From: an uncultured Trueperaceae bacterium
GTDB lineage: Bacteria; Deinococcota; Deinococci; Deinococcales; Trueperaceae
NCBI GenBank assembly: GCA_963727505.1
Contig: CAVSGP010000004.1
Location: 576,001-640,000, forward strand
Direction: 5' to 3'
Length of the DNA stretch: 64,000 bases
Positions 11,059 to 19,767 of this stretch are shown piece after piece (within the stretch, counting starts at the first letter, position 1; each line of letters opens with the position of its first letter). Position numbers and translations under genes: made by a program. The notes under the pieces were generated by a model. It saw only the letters and a program-made list of their open reading frames with translations, searched no databases and was not told where the DNA came from.

Positions 11059-13098
11059 CTACTGCTCGACGCGCTGATCGTAGGTCGGCGTCATCACGAA
11101 CCACGTCTGGAACGGCGCCAGGTCGACTGGCTGGCCGCCCTCCGTCACGAAGCGCACACCGTCGGCCATGTCCCAGTGTCCGCGGACGGCGCGCCCACGC
11201 ACGTAGAGGGTCGCCGGCCCTCCCTGCAACGGGATGTAGAGCCGGCCCTCGGGGTCGTCGGGCAAGGGGCGCGCGCTGATCTTGGCCATCACCACGGCGT
11301 CTACCAGCACGTTCTCGCCGGACGCGTCGCTGGCGCCACTGCCATTGCGGACCCAACGGTATCTGTCGAGCGTCGGGAGGTACCGGAAGCCCGTCTTGTA
11401 GTCCGCGCTGAAGCGGTCGGTAACGCTGATGACCGTGGGAGCGTCGCTGGGAGGCCGGAACAACGTACCCGTCAACACGCGCGTGCGCGACGGGAGCAGC
11501 CGGTTGACGGCGCGACGTAGGGCGTCGCCCTGGCTGTAGAGGTTGTACGGCGCCTGGCGCTGGCTGGCGCGCTTGAACAGATCGCCGCGGTGGAGGGCGT
11601 CCAGCGTCGGCAAGGCACCCTGCTTGATGGCGATCATGGCGCCCGGCGACCCGCCGTCGTGCACCAGCACGGCGTTCATCGAGTCGGTGATCTTCACGAA
11701 GTAGTCGCGCGCACTGCGGATGGGCCCGACCTGGCCGGGATCTGCGGTGTCGTAGATAAGCATGAGCCGCGTCAGGCCACCCTCGACCGGCATCTCGACG
11801 ATGCTCGAGGCCTGCTTCAAACCTGCCTGCGGGTAACCGTGGACATTGTCGACCAGCACCGCCAGCGGCCGCTCGAGCTGCTGCCGGAAGGGGGCGGGCG
11901 CAGTGACGGGCGATCCCGTGCCGGTGGCGCTTCCGTCCGGTGACGTTGCACTGCCACGACCGGCCGCGTTGGCCTGGGTGGTGCCGCCCACCTGCCCGGC
12001 CGACGGCGCGTTCCCGCCCGGGGTGCGGCTGCCCGCACGGTTCGTGGCTACGTCGGCACTGCCCGGCGGAGCACCGCTGCTGCTCGGCGCACCCGTTGCC
12101 GGCGCCGGGGCCCGCACGTCGGCTCGCACCGTCGGGAGTGGTACCTGCTGCGCGGCGCTGACGGAAACCTGCGGCGTCACCTGCACGTTGCGGGCGTTGC
12201 CGGCCGTAGCGCTCGCCTGCGGCGCCGACAGGGCGCGCGGCGCCGCCACCGATGCCGACGCCTGGGGCGCGTCCAGGGATCGCGGCGCGGCGACCTGCGC
12301 CGACGCCTGCGGTGCCTGAAGCGGCTGCGCCGCGGCGACCTGCGCCTGAGCCTGGGGCGCCCGGAGACTCTGCGCCACGCTAACCGACGCCTGAGGCCGG
12401 GGAACAGCCTGGGCCGGGGCCACCTGCGCCTGCGTCTGCGGCGAGGGCACACTCTCCGCCGGCGTCACGCTGGACTGCGGCGTGATGGCCAGGCTCGTAG
12501 CCTGTGGCACCTCGGCCTGCACTTGCGGCTTGGGGATCGTGATCGAAGGGGCCGCCTGCCTGGGCTGCAGCTGCACCGGGTTGATATCGGGCAAGGTGGC
12601 CGCGGTGGTCGCCCCCGACCGCTGCGCGGGTGCCGGGGCAGCCGGCGCGGGCGGGGTCGGAGACGTCAGGCTGGGCGCCGGAGCCTCGGCCGCCTGCGCG
12701 GGCGGCGCCTGCGGTTGCGGGGCCGGCTGCCGCACTTGAGGCTGCGGCTGGACCGGGGCCGGCGGCTGCGCAGTAGCCTGCTGCGGCTCGGGCGCCTGCG
12801 GTTGGGGCTGCGGGGCGCTCCTCGCCTGTGGCTCGCCGATCGTTCCGGAGGCCACCTGCGGCTGGGACGTTTGCGGCGCGGGCGCCTCCGCCGCCGGCGC
12901 CTGCGTCGTGGTCTGGGACTGCTGTGGCGAGCCCAGGGTGACGACCAGATAGTGCTCCAACTTGCGCGGTTTGGGGGCGCTCAGGAACACCGCCAACAGC
13001 AGCAGCGCCACCAGATGGACGGTGACCGAGAGCAGGAGGGCGCGCCGCCTGTCCGGATCGCGCCACGCATCGGCGAGGCGGGTCACGCCCGTGATCAA
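11059..13098 (-). CDS. TonB/TolA-like membrane-anchored Pro/Gln/Ala-rich protein with C-terminal DUF3048 domain
   Basis: TM helix LLLSVTVHLVALLLL, long low-complexity stalk, then RPLAVLVDN..PQAGL..EGGLTRL..GPIRSARDY..GGS..APYNLY; alternative GTG start at 13086. Confidence 0.8.
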   Translation of the reverse strand: MITGVTRLADAWRDPDRRRALLLSVTVHLVALLLLAVFLSAPKPRKLEHYLVVTLGSPQQSQTTTQAPAAEAPAPQTSQPQVASGTIGEPQARSAPQPQPQAPEPQQATAQPPAPVQPQPQVRQPAPQPQAPPAQAAEAPAPSLTSPTPPAPAAPAPAQRSGATTAATLPDINPVQLQPRQAAPSITIPKPQVQAEVPQATSLAITPQSSVTPAESVPSPQTQAQVAPAQAVPRPQASVSVAQSLRAPQAQAQVAAAQPLQAPQASAQVAAPRSLDAPQASASVAAPRALSAPQASATAGNARNVQVTPQVSVSAAQQVPLPTVRADVRAPAPATGAPSSSGAPPGSADVATNRAGSRTPGGNAPSAGQVGGTTQANAAGRGSATSPDGSATGTGSPVTAPAPFRQQLERPLAVLVDNVHGYPQAGLKQASSIVEMPVEGGLTRLMLIYDTADPGQVGPIRSARDYFVKITDSMNAVLVHDGGSPGAMIAIKQGALPTLDALHRGDLFKRASQRQAPYNLYSQGDALRRAVNRLLPSRTRVLTGTLFRPPSDAPTVISVTDRFSADYKTGFRYLPTLDRYRWVRNGSGASDASGENVLVDAVVMAKISARPLPDDPEGRLYIPLQGGPATLYVRGRAVRGHWDMADGVRFVTEGGQPVDLAPFQTWFVMTPTYDQRVEQ
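12187..12450 (-). repeat. Six degenerate ~15-aa (~45-bp) coding tandem repeats
   Basis: VPSPQTQAQVAPAQA/VPRPQASVSVAQS/LRAPQAQAQVAAAQP/LQAPQASAQVAAPRS/LDAPQASASVAAPRA/LSAPQASATAGNARN. Confidence 0.85.
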
Positions 13099-13502
13099 CC
13101 CCCCGTCGCGATGGCGAGGCGTTTCGCGCCGGCCTGCTTGATCAGGTCCATGACGCGCACGACGAGACCGTGGGGGACGGTCGTGTCGGCGCGGAGCACG
13201 ACGGTGGTGTACCCGGTGGCCGCCATCCGGCCGCGCACGACATCGACCAGCTGCGCCTGCGACACGGCGCTGCCACCCACGAAGATCTGCTCGTCCTTGG
13301 TGATGGTGACCGTGGGGAGCGTCGAGGGCTCGGTGACGGCCGTCTGCGCCGACGGCAGGTCGACCGGAAGGCCCGACTCCATGGTGATGAAGGTGGTGGA
13401 CACCATGAAGAAGATCACCAGCAGGAACACCACGTCGACCATCGGGGTGAGGTCGATGCTGGGCGCTGCTCTCAGGCGGCTGCGGCCGCGCGACTCACGC
13501 AT
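13095..13502 (-). CDS. exbD: ExbD/TolR family protein
   Basis: IDLTPMVDVVFLLVIFFMV with the conserved TM Asp, VDLP, VVLRAD. Confidence 0.92.
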   Translation of the reverse strand: MRESRGRSRLRAAPSIDLTPMVDVVFLLVIFFMVSTTFITMESGLPVDLPSAQTAVTEPSTLPTVTITKDEQIFVGGSAVSQAQLVDVVRGRMAATGYTTVVLRADTTVPHGLVVRVMDLIKQAGAKRLAIATGG

Positions 13503-13511
13503 GGTGGTCCC

Positions 13512-14198
13512 CTACGCCTGCGAGGCGGCCCGCGCCGCGGAGGGCTCCCGCTCGGCGGCCTGAGGCTCCGTTCGAGACGTCTCCTCCTTGCGCGCCGCGA
13601 CGGCCTGAACCACGTTCCCCATCAGCTCCTCGCGGCGCCGGTCGATCTCCATCAGGATGGTGTCGACCCGGCTCGCCAGGTAGTTCTGGCCGATGACGGT
13701 GGGGATGGCGACGATCAGGCCGGCTGCCGTGGTGACCAGTGCCTGCCCGATGCCGTCGGCCAGCACCGACGGGTTGCCGGTGCCCTGGTTGGCGATCTCT
13801 GAAAAGGCGAGGATCATGCCGGTCACGGTACCGAGCAGGCCCAGCATGGGGGCGATCTGTGCGATGGCCGCCAGCGGCCGCAGACCGCGGGTTAGGTTCT
13901 GCTCCTCCTGGAGGGAGGCCTCCTGGAAGGCCGCCTCGACAGCGGAGCGACCGTACGGCAGCCGCAGCAGCGCCGCGCGTAGCACCCGGGCGACCGGGCC
14001 GCCGTGCTGCTCGCACGCGGCCAGCGCCAGCTCCAGATCGCGCTCGCGTACCGCAGCGTTGACACGCCCCATCAGCACATCGCTATCGAGGCGCTCCTTG
14101 GAGAGCTTGAAGAAGCGTTCGAAGAACAGGTAGACGGCGTACAGCGAAACGAGCAGAATTGCGACCAGAACGGGGCCGCCGCTCATCAGAAGACTCAT
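13512..14198 (-). CDS. exbB: MotA/TolQ/ExbB proton channel family protein
   Basis: APMLGLLGTVTGMI, GIGQALVTTAAGLIVAIP. Confidence 0.92.
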   Translation of the reverse strand: MSLLMSGGPVLVAILLVSLYAVYLFFERFFKLSKERLDSDVLMGRVNAAVRERDLELALAACEQHGGPVARVLRAALLRLPYGRSAVEAAFQEASLQEEQNLTRGLRPLAAIAQIAPMLGLLGTVTGMILAFSEIANQGTGNPSVLADGIGQALVTTAAGLIVAIPTVIGQNYLASRVDTILMEIDRRREELMGNVVQAVAARKEETSRTEPQAAEREPSAARAASQA

Positions 14199-14314
14199 GC
14201 GCGACTCCTCATCGTAGGACCGTCAGCATAGGTGGCTTCGCAATGAACGCCATGAGACGGTTATACCAGAGGCTTCATGCGACTTCATCCAACATTGGGT
14301 CCGGGAACGGCCCC

Positions 14315-17056
14315 TCAACCGGTGTTGCGCATCCCCGCTGCCACGCCGAGGAGCGACACCAGTACCGCGTACTCCAAACCCTCGCGCTCCGGGCTCTCCT
14401 CGGGCAGCGCGCGCAGCCTGCCCAGCAGCTCGACCTGGAGGAAGCTGATGGGGTCGACGTAGGGGTTGCGGAGCTCGATGGAACGCGCCAGCGTGGGATC
14501 GTTCTCGAGAAGACCATGACCGGTGGCGCGCTCGACCTGCTCGACCGTCCGGACGTGCTCCTCGTGGATGATGGCGCGGAAACGCTCCCGCAAGCCCTGG
14601 GGCACCAGCTCCAGATAGCGCTCGAAGATGTCGAGATCGGCCTTCGCTAGGCTCATCTGCGCGAAGTCGATGAGGGTGCCGAAGAACGGCCATTCGCGCA
14701 CCATCTCCGCGGTGAGCTCCGGCGGCAACACCGCCAGCCCCGAGCCGAGCCCGAACCAGCCCGGGAGGTTGGCCCGGCACTGTGTCCAGGAGAACACCCA
14801 CGGGATCGCGCGGAGGTTGTCGAGCGAGCGGTCTCCGGCACGGCGGGCAGGCCGCGAGCCGATATCGAGGCGGCTGATCTCCTCGATGGGGGTCACGGTG
14901 TGGAAGAAGTCCAGGAAGCCGTCGCTCTCGAGGAGGGTGCGATAGCGCTCCCTCGCGGCGCGCGAGGCGCGCTCCATGGCCTCGCGGTAGCGCTCGGGGA
15001 GCTCGGGGAGCGGGCCGGCATCGCGTGCCGAGGAGAGGATGAAGGCGTGCGCGACCTGCTCCAGGTGACGGTGAGCGAGGTCGGAATCGGCGTAGCGCGC
15101 CGCCAGTGCTTCCCCCTGCTCGGTGATGCGCATCCGGCCCCCGAGGCTTCCCGGCGGCTGTGCCAGGATGGCCCGCCCGGCGGGGCCACCTCCCCGACCG
15201 ATGCTGGTGCCGCGGCCGTGGAAGATCCGCAGCGGCACGCCGGCCTCGCGGCAGATCTTCGCCACGCCGTCCTGCGCCTGGTAGAGCGCCCAGTTGGCGG
15301 CCAGGAAGCCGGCGTCCTTGTTCGAGTCCGAGTACCCGATCATGACCTCCTGCACCCCGCGGCCCTCCACGTGGCGGCGGTAGGCGGGGACCGCGAACAG
15401 GCGCTCGATGACGCCGGGCGCGGCCCGCAGGTCGGCCTCCGTCTCGAACAGCGGGGTGGCGTCGATGGCCGATACGCCCGCCTGCTTGGCCAGCACCAGC
15501 GCCTCCAGGATGTCGGACACCCCTTCGGTCATGCTCACCACGTAGCTCCCGGTCGCCTCCTCGCCGAAGCGCGCCTGCGTGCGGCGGACCTCCTCGAGGA
15601 AGGCCAGCGCGCGCTCGGCCTCCGGTCCCAGCGCCGCTTCGGGCGGAGCCAGAGGACGCGGCGAGCCCAGCTCGCGTTCGAGCAGCGCGACGCGGACGTC
15701 CTCGTCGAGCGAGGCGTAGTCGTCCACGACCCCGGCGTGGCTTAAGAGCTGCGCCACCGCCCTCTCGTGCACCTGCGAGTGCTCGCGCAGGTCGAGCGGA
15801 GCGAGGTGGAAGCGGAACGCGCTGGCACGGTGCAGCGCGGGTCGCACGAACGACCGGGCCGCGCGCTCGCCCTGACCGGCCTCGAGCGTGCTCTCCACCA
15901 ACGCCAGGTCGTCGACGAGCGCCTGCGCGCCACCTGGGTATCCGACCGGCCCTTCGCGGCGCAGCGCCGCGCGTTCGCGCTCGAGGAAACGATGCACGTA
16001 CGCCAGTTTCTGCCGGTAGGGCTCCTCGTGGAAGCGCACGGGCGGACCCTCCGTCTGCAACAGGCGCTGCAGGTCGTCGCGGAAGGGCTTGGTCAGGGTC
16101 ACCCTCCGCTCCCACAGCGACAATCGCTGCACCAGGGCGTCCACATCCGCGAGATAGGCGTCGAGCGCGACCTCCGCCTGCAGGGTGATCGCCTCGCGGG
16201 TGACGTCGGGCGTGACGAAAGGGTTGCCGTCACGGTCGCCGCCGATCCACGAGCGGAATCCCAGCACGGTCGGCAGGGGCGGGTTCTCCGCGACGCCGTA
16301 GACGGCGTCGAGCGCCTCCTCCATGTCCTGCATGAGGCGCGGGATGGCGTCGAGCAGCGAGCGACGGAAGTAGTAGAGGGCGCTCTTCACCTCGTCGAGC
16401 ACGGTCGGCTTGACCGCGAACAGCTCGCGCGTCTGCCACAGGGTGGCGATCTCGGCGAAGACTTCGTCGTTCAAGCGGACCTCTTGCTGCGGCGACAGCT
16501 CGTGCTCGCTCGAACGTCGCAGGGCCGCCGCGATACGCTCGAGCTTGAGTCGAACGGTGTAGCGCTTGACCTCGGTGGGATGCGCGGTCAGGGTGAGCCC
16601 GACGTCGATCTTCTCCATGAAGGAGCGCACCTGGCCGCGCGTCCATCCCTGGTCGCTCAGGCTCCTCACCGCCGCTGCCACCGACTCGGGACGCGGCGAT
16701 TCCGGGGTGGCGTGCGCGTCGCGCAGGCGGTTCACGCGCACGCGATGGATCTCCTCGGCAAGGTTGATGAGCTGGAAGTAGACGGTGAAGGCCCGAAGCA
16801 GTCGCTCGGCCGTTGCCAGATCGAGCTCTGCGATACGCTCCTCGAGCGCATCCGCGGCACCGGCCTGGCCCGCGCGGCGCTGCTTGGTGCCGGCGCGCAC
16901 GCTCTCCACCAGGTCGAACAGTCGCTCCCCCTCGAGCTCGCGCAGGACCGTGCCCAGTGCGCTTCCCAGGAACCCTACGTCTGCCCTGAGTTGTTCGAAG
17001 GCGTCCTGTGGGCTGTCGTGCAGCTTCTCACGGTCGTTCTCTGCCTCGGGGTCCAC
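14315..17056 (-). CDS. ppc: Phosphoenolpyruvate carboxylase
   Basis: LTAHPTE, SWIGGDRDGNP, MIGYSDSNKD, FHGRG, LRAIPWVF, GMRNTG end; TAGAAT 7 nt before GTG 17056. Confidence 0.97.
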   Translation of the reverse strand: MDPEAENDREKLHDSPQDAFEQLRADVGFLGSALGTVLRELEGERLFDLVESVRAGTKQRRAGQAGAADALEERIAELDLATAERLLRAFTVYFQLINLAEEIHRVRVNRLRDAHATPESPRPESVAAAVRSLSDQGWTRGQVRSFMEKIDVGLTLTAHPTEVKRYTVRLKLERIAAALRRSSEHELSPQQEVRLNDEVFAEIATLWQTRELFAVKPTVLDEVKSALYYFRRSLLDAIPRLMQDMEEALDAVYGVAENPPLPTVLGFRSWIGGDRDGNPFVTPDVTREAITLQAEVALDAYLADVDALVQRLSLWERRVTLTKPFRDDLQRLLQTEGPPVRFHEEPYRQKLAYVHRFLERERAALRREGPVGYPGGAQALVDDLALVESTLEAGQGERAARSFVRPALHRASAFRFHLAPLDLREHSQVHERAVAQLLSHAGVVDDYASLDEDVRVALLERELGSPRPLAPPEAALGPEAERALAFLEEVRRTQARFGEEATGSYVVSMTEGVSDILEALVLAKQAGVSAIDATPLFETEADLRAAPGVIERLFAVPAYRRHVEGRGVQEVMIGYSDSNKDAGFLAANWALYQAQDGVAKICREAGVPLRIFHGRGTSIGRGGGPAGRAILAQPPGSLGGRMRITEQGEALAARYADSDLAHRHLEQVAHAFILSSARDAGPLPELPERYREAMERASRAARERYRTLLESDGFLDFFHTVTPIEEISRLDIGSRPARRAGDRSLDNLRAIPWVFSWTQCRANLPGWFGLGSGLAVLPPELTAEMVREWPFFGTLIDFAQMSLAKADLDIFERYLELVPQGLRERFRAIIHEEHVRTVEQVERATGHGLLENDPTLARSIELRNPYVDPISFLQVELLGRLRALPEESPEREGLEYAVLVSLLGVAAGMRNTG

Positions 17057-17148
17057 GCGGCCGATTCTATCGCGGCGGGCCGCGCGACCCGGATCACGGG
17101 CCGGCCGAAACGCCGATCGGCCCGCGCCTCCCCGCGCCCACCACAGCG

Positions 17149-17931
17149 TTAGTCCTCTCGATCCCCGTCCGGCGCCGGCCACTGCAGCCGCCGGATCGAG
17201 CGTGCGCGCCGCCCCTCCAACTCGAGCACCACACCGCAGAGGGTTCCGCGGCCCTGGGCGGGCCGGTAGCGGCGCGGCAGCTTGTGCACGAAGCGGGCGT
17301 GCACCTCTTCGAAGCCCATGCCGATGGACGACGCCTGCACACCGCTCATGCCCGCATCGGTGATGTAGGCAGTGCCGCGTACGATGGTCTCGTCGGCAGT
17401 CTGGACGTGCGTGTGCGTGCCGATGACGGCGCTCGCCCGGCCCGCCAGGTGGTAGAGCATCGCCTTCTTCTCGCTGGTGGCCTCGGCGTGGAAGTCGACC
17501 AGCAGCGCCTGACCCTCCGGAACGTCCTCGACGACGCCGTCGACGGCCCGGAAGGGGTCGTCGAGTGCATCCATGAAGACGCGCCCCATCGCCTGCGCCA
17601 CGGTGATGCGCTCGCCGTTACGGGCCTGGAAGGCCGCAGCGCCCACCCCTGGGGTTCCGGGAGGGTAATTGGCGGCCCGGATCAACCGCGGGGTCTCCTC
17701 GGCCAGCTCGACGGCTTCCCCCTGGTCCCAGCCGTGGTTGCCGAGGGTGACGACGTCGACTCCGGCCTCGCGGAGTTGCTGGAAGTGCCGCCGCGTGATG
17801 CCGAACCCGCCGGCCGCGTTCTCACCGTTGGCGATGATGAAGTCGTAATCGTCGCGGGCCTGTTCGAGGTAGGCCTGCACGACCTTCATGCCTGGCGTGC
17901 TGAAGATGTCGCCGATGAACAGGACGCGCAC
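17149..17931 (-). CDS. ymdB: YmdB/TIGR00282 family metallophosphoesterase
   Basis: FIGDI, NGENAAGG, TLGNH, DFHAEATSEK, GTHTHVQTAD. Confidence 0.9.
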   Translation of the reverse strand: MRVLFIGDIFSTPGMKVVQAYLEQARDDYDFIIANGENAAGGFGITRRHFQQLREAGVDVVTLGNHGWDQGEAVELAEETPRLIRAANYPPGTPGVGAAAFQARNGERITVAQAMGRVFMDALDDPFRAVDGVVEDVPEGQALLVDFHAEATSEKKAMLYHLAGRASAVIGTHTHVQTADETIVRGTAYITDAGMSGVQASSIGMGFEEVHARFVHKLPRRYRPAQGRGTLCGVVLELEGRRARSIRRLQWPAPDGDRED

Positions 17932-17933
17932 AG

Positions 17934-18015
17934 CGCATGCTACCAAGGGGCCGGCATGCGCCGCATGCTACCAAGGCCGGCATGCGCCGCATGCTACCAA
18001 GGCGCGAGCATGCGC
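17934..18015. repeat. Three tandem 26-28 bp repeats in the divergent promoter region
   Basis: CGCATGCTACCAAGG(N4-6)CATGCGC at 17934, 17962 and 17988. Confidence 0.9.
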
Positions 18016-18112
18016 CGCAGGCGACCGCGCGGCCGGCTCGTGGTGAGCGCCGTCAACCGCATACGTACGCCGAGGCCGGCGCAGCGCCGCCGTGCTAGGC
18101 TTTCCATGCACC

Positions 18113-18574
18113 ATGGACTTCGACGCCGTCGACCGCAGCATCCTTCACATCTTGCGCGAGGACGGACGCGCGTCGCACGCCAGCATCGCCAAGGCGGTCG
18201 GGCTGTCGGCGCCCGCCGTGGGCGAGCGCATCCGCAAGCTCGAACAGGCGGGCGTCATCCGCGGCTACCGGGCCGTGCTCGAGCCGCACGGCGTCGGCCT
18301 CCCGATCTGCGCCTTCGTCGCCATCGCACCGCAGCCCCGCAAACCGGCGCAGGGCCTGGTCGAACGCCTGCTCACGCTGCCCGAGATCGAGGAGCTGCAC
18401 GCGGTCGCCGGCACCTACTCCTACATCGCCAAGGTGCGCGTCGCCTCCACCCAGGCGCTCGACGGCTTCCTGGACCGGCTGTTCATGCTCGAGGGTGTCG
18501 AGCGCACCGAGACCACCATGGTCCTGCGCACCAACGCCGAGCGCCCGATGTACCTGCCTTTCGAGGCGGGATGA
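18113..18574 (+). CDS. Lrp/AsnC family transcriptional regulator
   Basis: DAVDRSILHILREDGR..VGLSAPAVGERIRKLEQAGVIRGY. Confidence 0.93.
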   Translation: MDFDAVDRSILHILREDGRASHASIAKAVGLSAPAVGERIRKLEQAGVIRGYRAVLEPHGVGLPICAFVAIAPQPRKPAQGLVERLLTLPEIEELHAVAGTYSYIAKVRVASTQALDGFLDRLFMLEGVERTETTMVLRTNAERPMYLPFEAG

Positions 18575-19740
18575 GCCAGCGCTTCGAGCTGCGCCCGTTG
18601 CGCGAGGAGGACCTCGCGGGCCTGCTCGAGGACCTGTCGATCGCCTTCGGTGAGGTCCCCGCCGCCGCCAAAGACCGCATCGTCGCCGAGATCCGATCCC
18701 ACCTGCCCGTCACCCTCGGTAGCTTCGAGGACGGGCGGCTGGCGAGCAGCGCGGTGATGCTGCCCTTCGAGATGCACGTCGGTGGCGTGCGCCAGCGCGT
18801 GGGCGGCCTGGCGAGCGTGCAGACCGCGCCCTGGGCGCGGCGGCGCGGCCACGTCGCCCACCTCCTGCGGGCGTGGTTCGAGCGCCTGCGGCAGGACGCC
18901 GTGGGCTGGTGTGCCGAGCACCCGTTCGATCCCCGCTTCTACGCGCGCTACGGCTTCCAGTCGCTTCCCAACGGACGCTCGCTGGAGGTGCCGCCGAGCT
19001 ACTTCACCGCAGGCCGACCGCCCGACGCAGAGCGCCTGACCGGCGGCGACTTGACGGTCCTCAAGCCCATCCACGAAGCCTTCGCCCGCCGCTACAGCTT
19101 CGCGCTCACGCGCGACGACGACGCACGCGACAGCTGGGGTCTCGTGGCCCGCAGCTGGACCGGCGAGCAGCGGCACGCCTTCCTGCTGGAGGACGCCTAC
19201 CTCGTGTTCGCCCGCTTCCAGGACGGCACCCGTCAGCTGCGCGTGAGCGACCTGGCCTGGGCCACACCCGCCGGACGCGAGCGCCTCGGACACTTCCTGC
19301 GGGCGTTCGAGGGCCAGGTCGAGCGGGTGCACATCCACCTGCCACCGGGCGACGCGTTGCTGCTCGACGCCACCGCCCGCCACGCCGTGCGCACGCCGCT
19401 GCTGCAGGTGCGACTGGTCGACGTAGCCGCAGCCCTCGCTCCGCTGACCGCTCCGCGCCCCAGCCACTGGCGCCTGGCGCTCGAGGACGAAACGTGCCCG
19501 TGGAACCGTGGCGTGTTCGCCGTAGCACTGGGACCCGAGGGTTGCGCCGTCGAGCCCGACGACGGCGCGGCCGACGTGAGACTCCACGTGCGCGAGCTGG
19601 CGGCGCTGCTCACGGGCGCGGCCACGCCCGAGACGCTGCTCGCCGACGGACGGGCGGAAGGCGAACCGCAGGCGCTCTACGCTCTGGCGGAGTTGATGCG
19701 CGGTCAGCCGCCGTTCCAGACCGAGAGCGACCGATTCTGA
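18571..19740 (+). CDS. Eis-like GNAT acetyltransferase with SCP2-like C-terminus
   Basis: GLASVQTAPWARRRGH, HPF..FYARYGF, DETCPWNRG; ATGA overlap with the Lrp gene. Confidence 0.85.
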   Translation: MSQRFELRPLREEDLAGLLEDLSIAFGEVPAAAKDRIVAEIRSHLPVTLGSFEDGRLASSAVMLPFEMHVGGVRQRVGGLASVQTAPWARRRGHVAHLLRAWFERLRQDAVGWCAEHPFDPRFYARYGFQSLPNGRSLEVPPSYFTAGRPPDAERLTGGDLTVLKPIHEAFARRYSFALTRDDDARDSWGLVARSWTGEQRHAFLLEDAYLVFARFQDGTRQLRVSDLAWATPAGRERLGHFLRAFEGQVERVHIHLPPGDALLLDATARHAVRTPLLQVRLVDVAAALAPLTAPRPSHWRLALEDETCPWNRGVFAVALGPEGCAVEPDDGAADVRLHVRELAALLTGAATPETLLADGRAEGEPQALYALAELMRGQPPFQTESDRF

Positions 19741-19767
19741 GGCTCCCCCGGCGACAGCGCCGCCCCC

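Noticed and set aside
17934..18015. Possible mini-CRISPR array
   Set aside because: The units are directly tandem with no unique spacers, and no cas genes are present.
17008..18570. Apparent 910-aa fusion ORF ending in the Eis-like domain
   Set aside because: The N-terminal part overlaps ymdB and the Lrp gene; the real start is ATG 18571.
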